Source of the DNA: a virus
Taxonomy: Duplodnaviria; Caudoviricetes
DNA length: 34,506 nucleotides
Virus record (IMG/VR): IMGVR_UViG_3300036798_000078
Span: 1 to 34,506 of that record
Strand: one strand, 5' to 3'
Position numbers and translations under genes: made by a program. Every line of letters starts with the position of its first letter. Positions within the stretch are counted from its first letter, which is position 1. Shown here piece by piece: positions 34,231-34,506 of this stretch. Below the pieces are notes generated by a model that worked only from the letters and a program-made list of their open reading frames with translations, was not told where the DNA came from and did no database searches.

Positions 34231-34506
34231 CCGCCCATCCCCATAGGATCTCGAGGTTGCGCTCGACTAGGTCCTTCGGGAAGTGCTGCCCGTCGAGGCT
34301 GAAGTAGTTGGCTGGACGTCCTGGTCCAGGAACTTCTCCTAGCGTCACACCTTCATAGGCGTAGACGAATGGTGCTGCGGTGTCGATGCTGATTACGTAC
34401 TCGTTGTGATGCTTCATCTCTGCCGGCCACGTTCCTGATTGGCCGAACAGGTGAATCGGATGCGGGATGTGCTCTGCGATCCAGTCAGCGAGCTTGATTC
34501 TGATGC
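34205..34506 (-). CDS. Partial gene (5' end outside window), possible TGT/DpdA-like TIM-barrel C-terminus
   Basis: Frame is open to the window edge: IRIKLADWIAEHIPHPIHLFGQSGTWPAEMKHHNEYVISIDTAAPF. Confidence 0.45.
   Translation of the reverse strand, partial: IRIKLADWIAEHIPHPIHLFGQSGTWPAEMKHHNEYVISIDTAAPFVYAYEGVTLGEVPGPGRPANYFSLDGQHFPKDLVERNLEILWGWADGQSTQAS

Noticed and set aside
1-34506. tRNA genes, integrase/att site, alternative genetic code
   Set aside because: No cloverleaf or integrase recognised by eye; TAG, TGA and TAA all end well-defined genes

Overview
About 34.5 kb of a tailed dsDNA phage (siphovirus-type, roughly 55-60% GC by eye; an actinobacterial host is inferred). It reads as circularly permuted. 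Positions 1-7039 are a leftward array of small, probably early genes. They have sigma-70-like promoters, a shared AGGAGTCC(AAA)ATG start motif and structured intergenic RNAs. Positions 7214-30308 are a rightward virion and lysis operon: TerS, TerL, Mu gp29-like portal, an inserted three-gene fibre-like module, a Lys/Ala-rich protein, Mu I/Z-like protease/scaffold, decoration protein, major capsid protein (MCP), neck, tail tube, frameshifted chaperone, tape measure with SLT domain, tail tip, holin candidate and amidase. Positions 30369-34506 are leftward DNA-metabolism genes: Zn ribbon, RuvC-like resolvase, start-less LAGLIDADG, degenerate HNH, a UDG-DNA polymerase A fusion and a partial TGT-like gene. 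The most striking signals are two cases of peptide mimicry among neighbouring virion genes. (1) The Lys-rich protein at 14913 begins with a near copy of the MCP N-terminus (14/18 aa identical, with most shared codons synonymously diverged). (2) The 787-aa protein at 12480 carries 19 tandem ~18-aa repeats resembling the N-terminus of the protein at 10925, suggesting a repeat-templated filament. A helically phased ACGT array also lies between two paralogous winged-HTH genes. All product calls come from motif recognition by eye; no searches were run.
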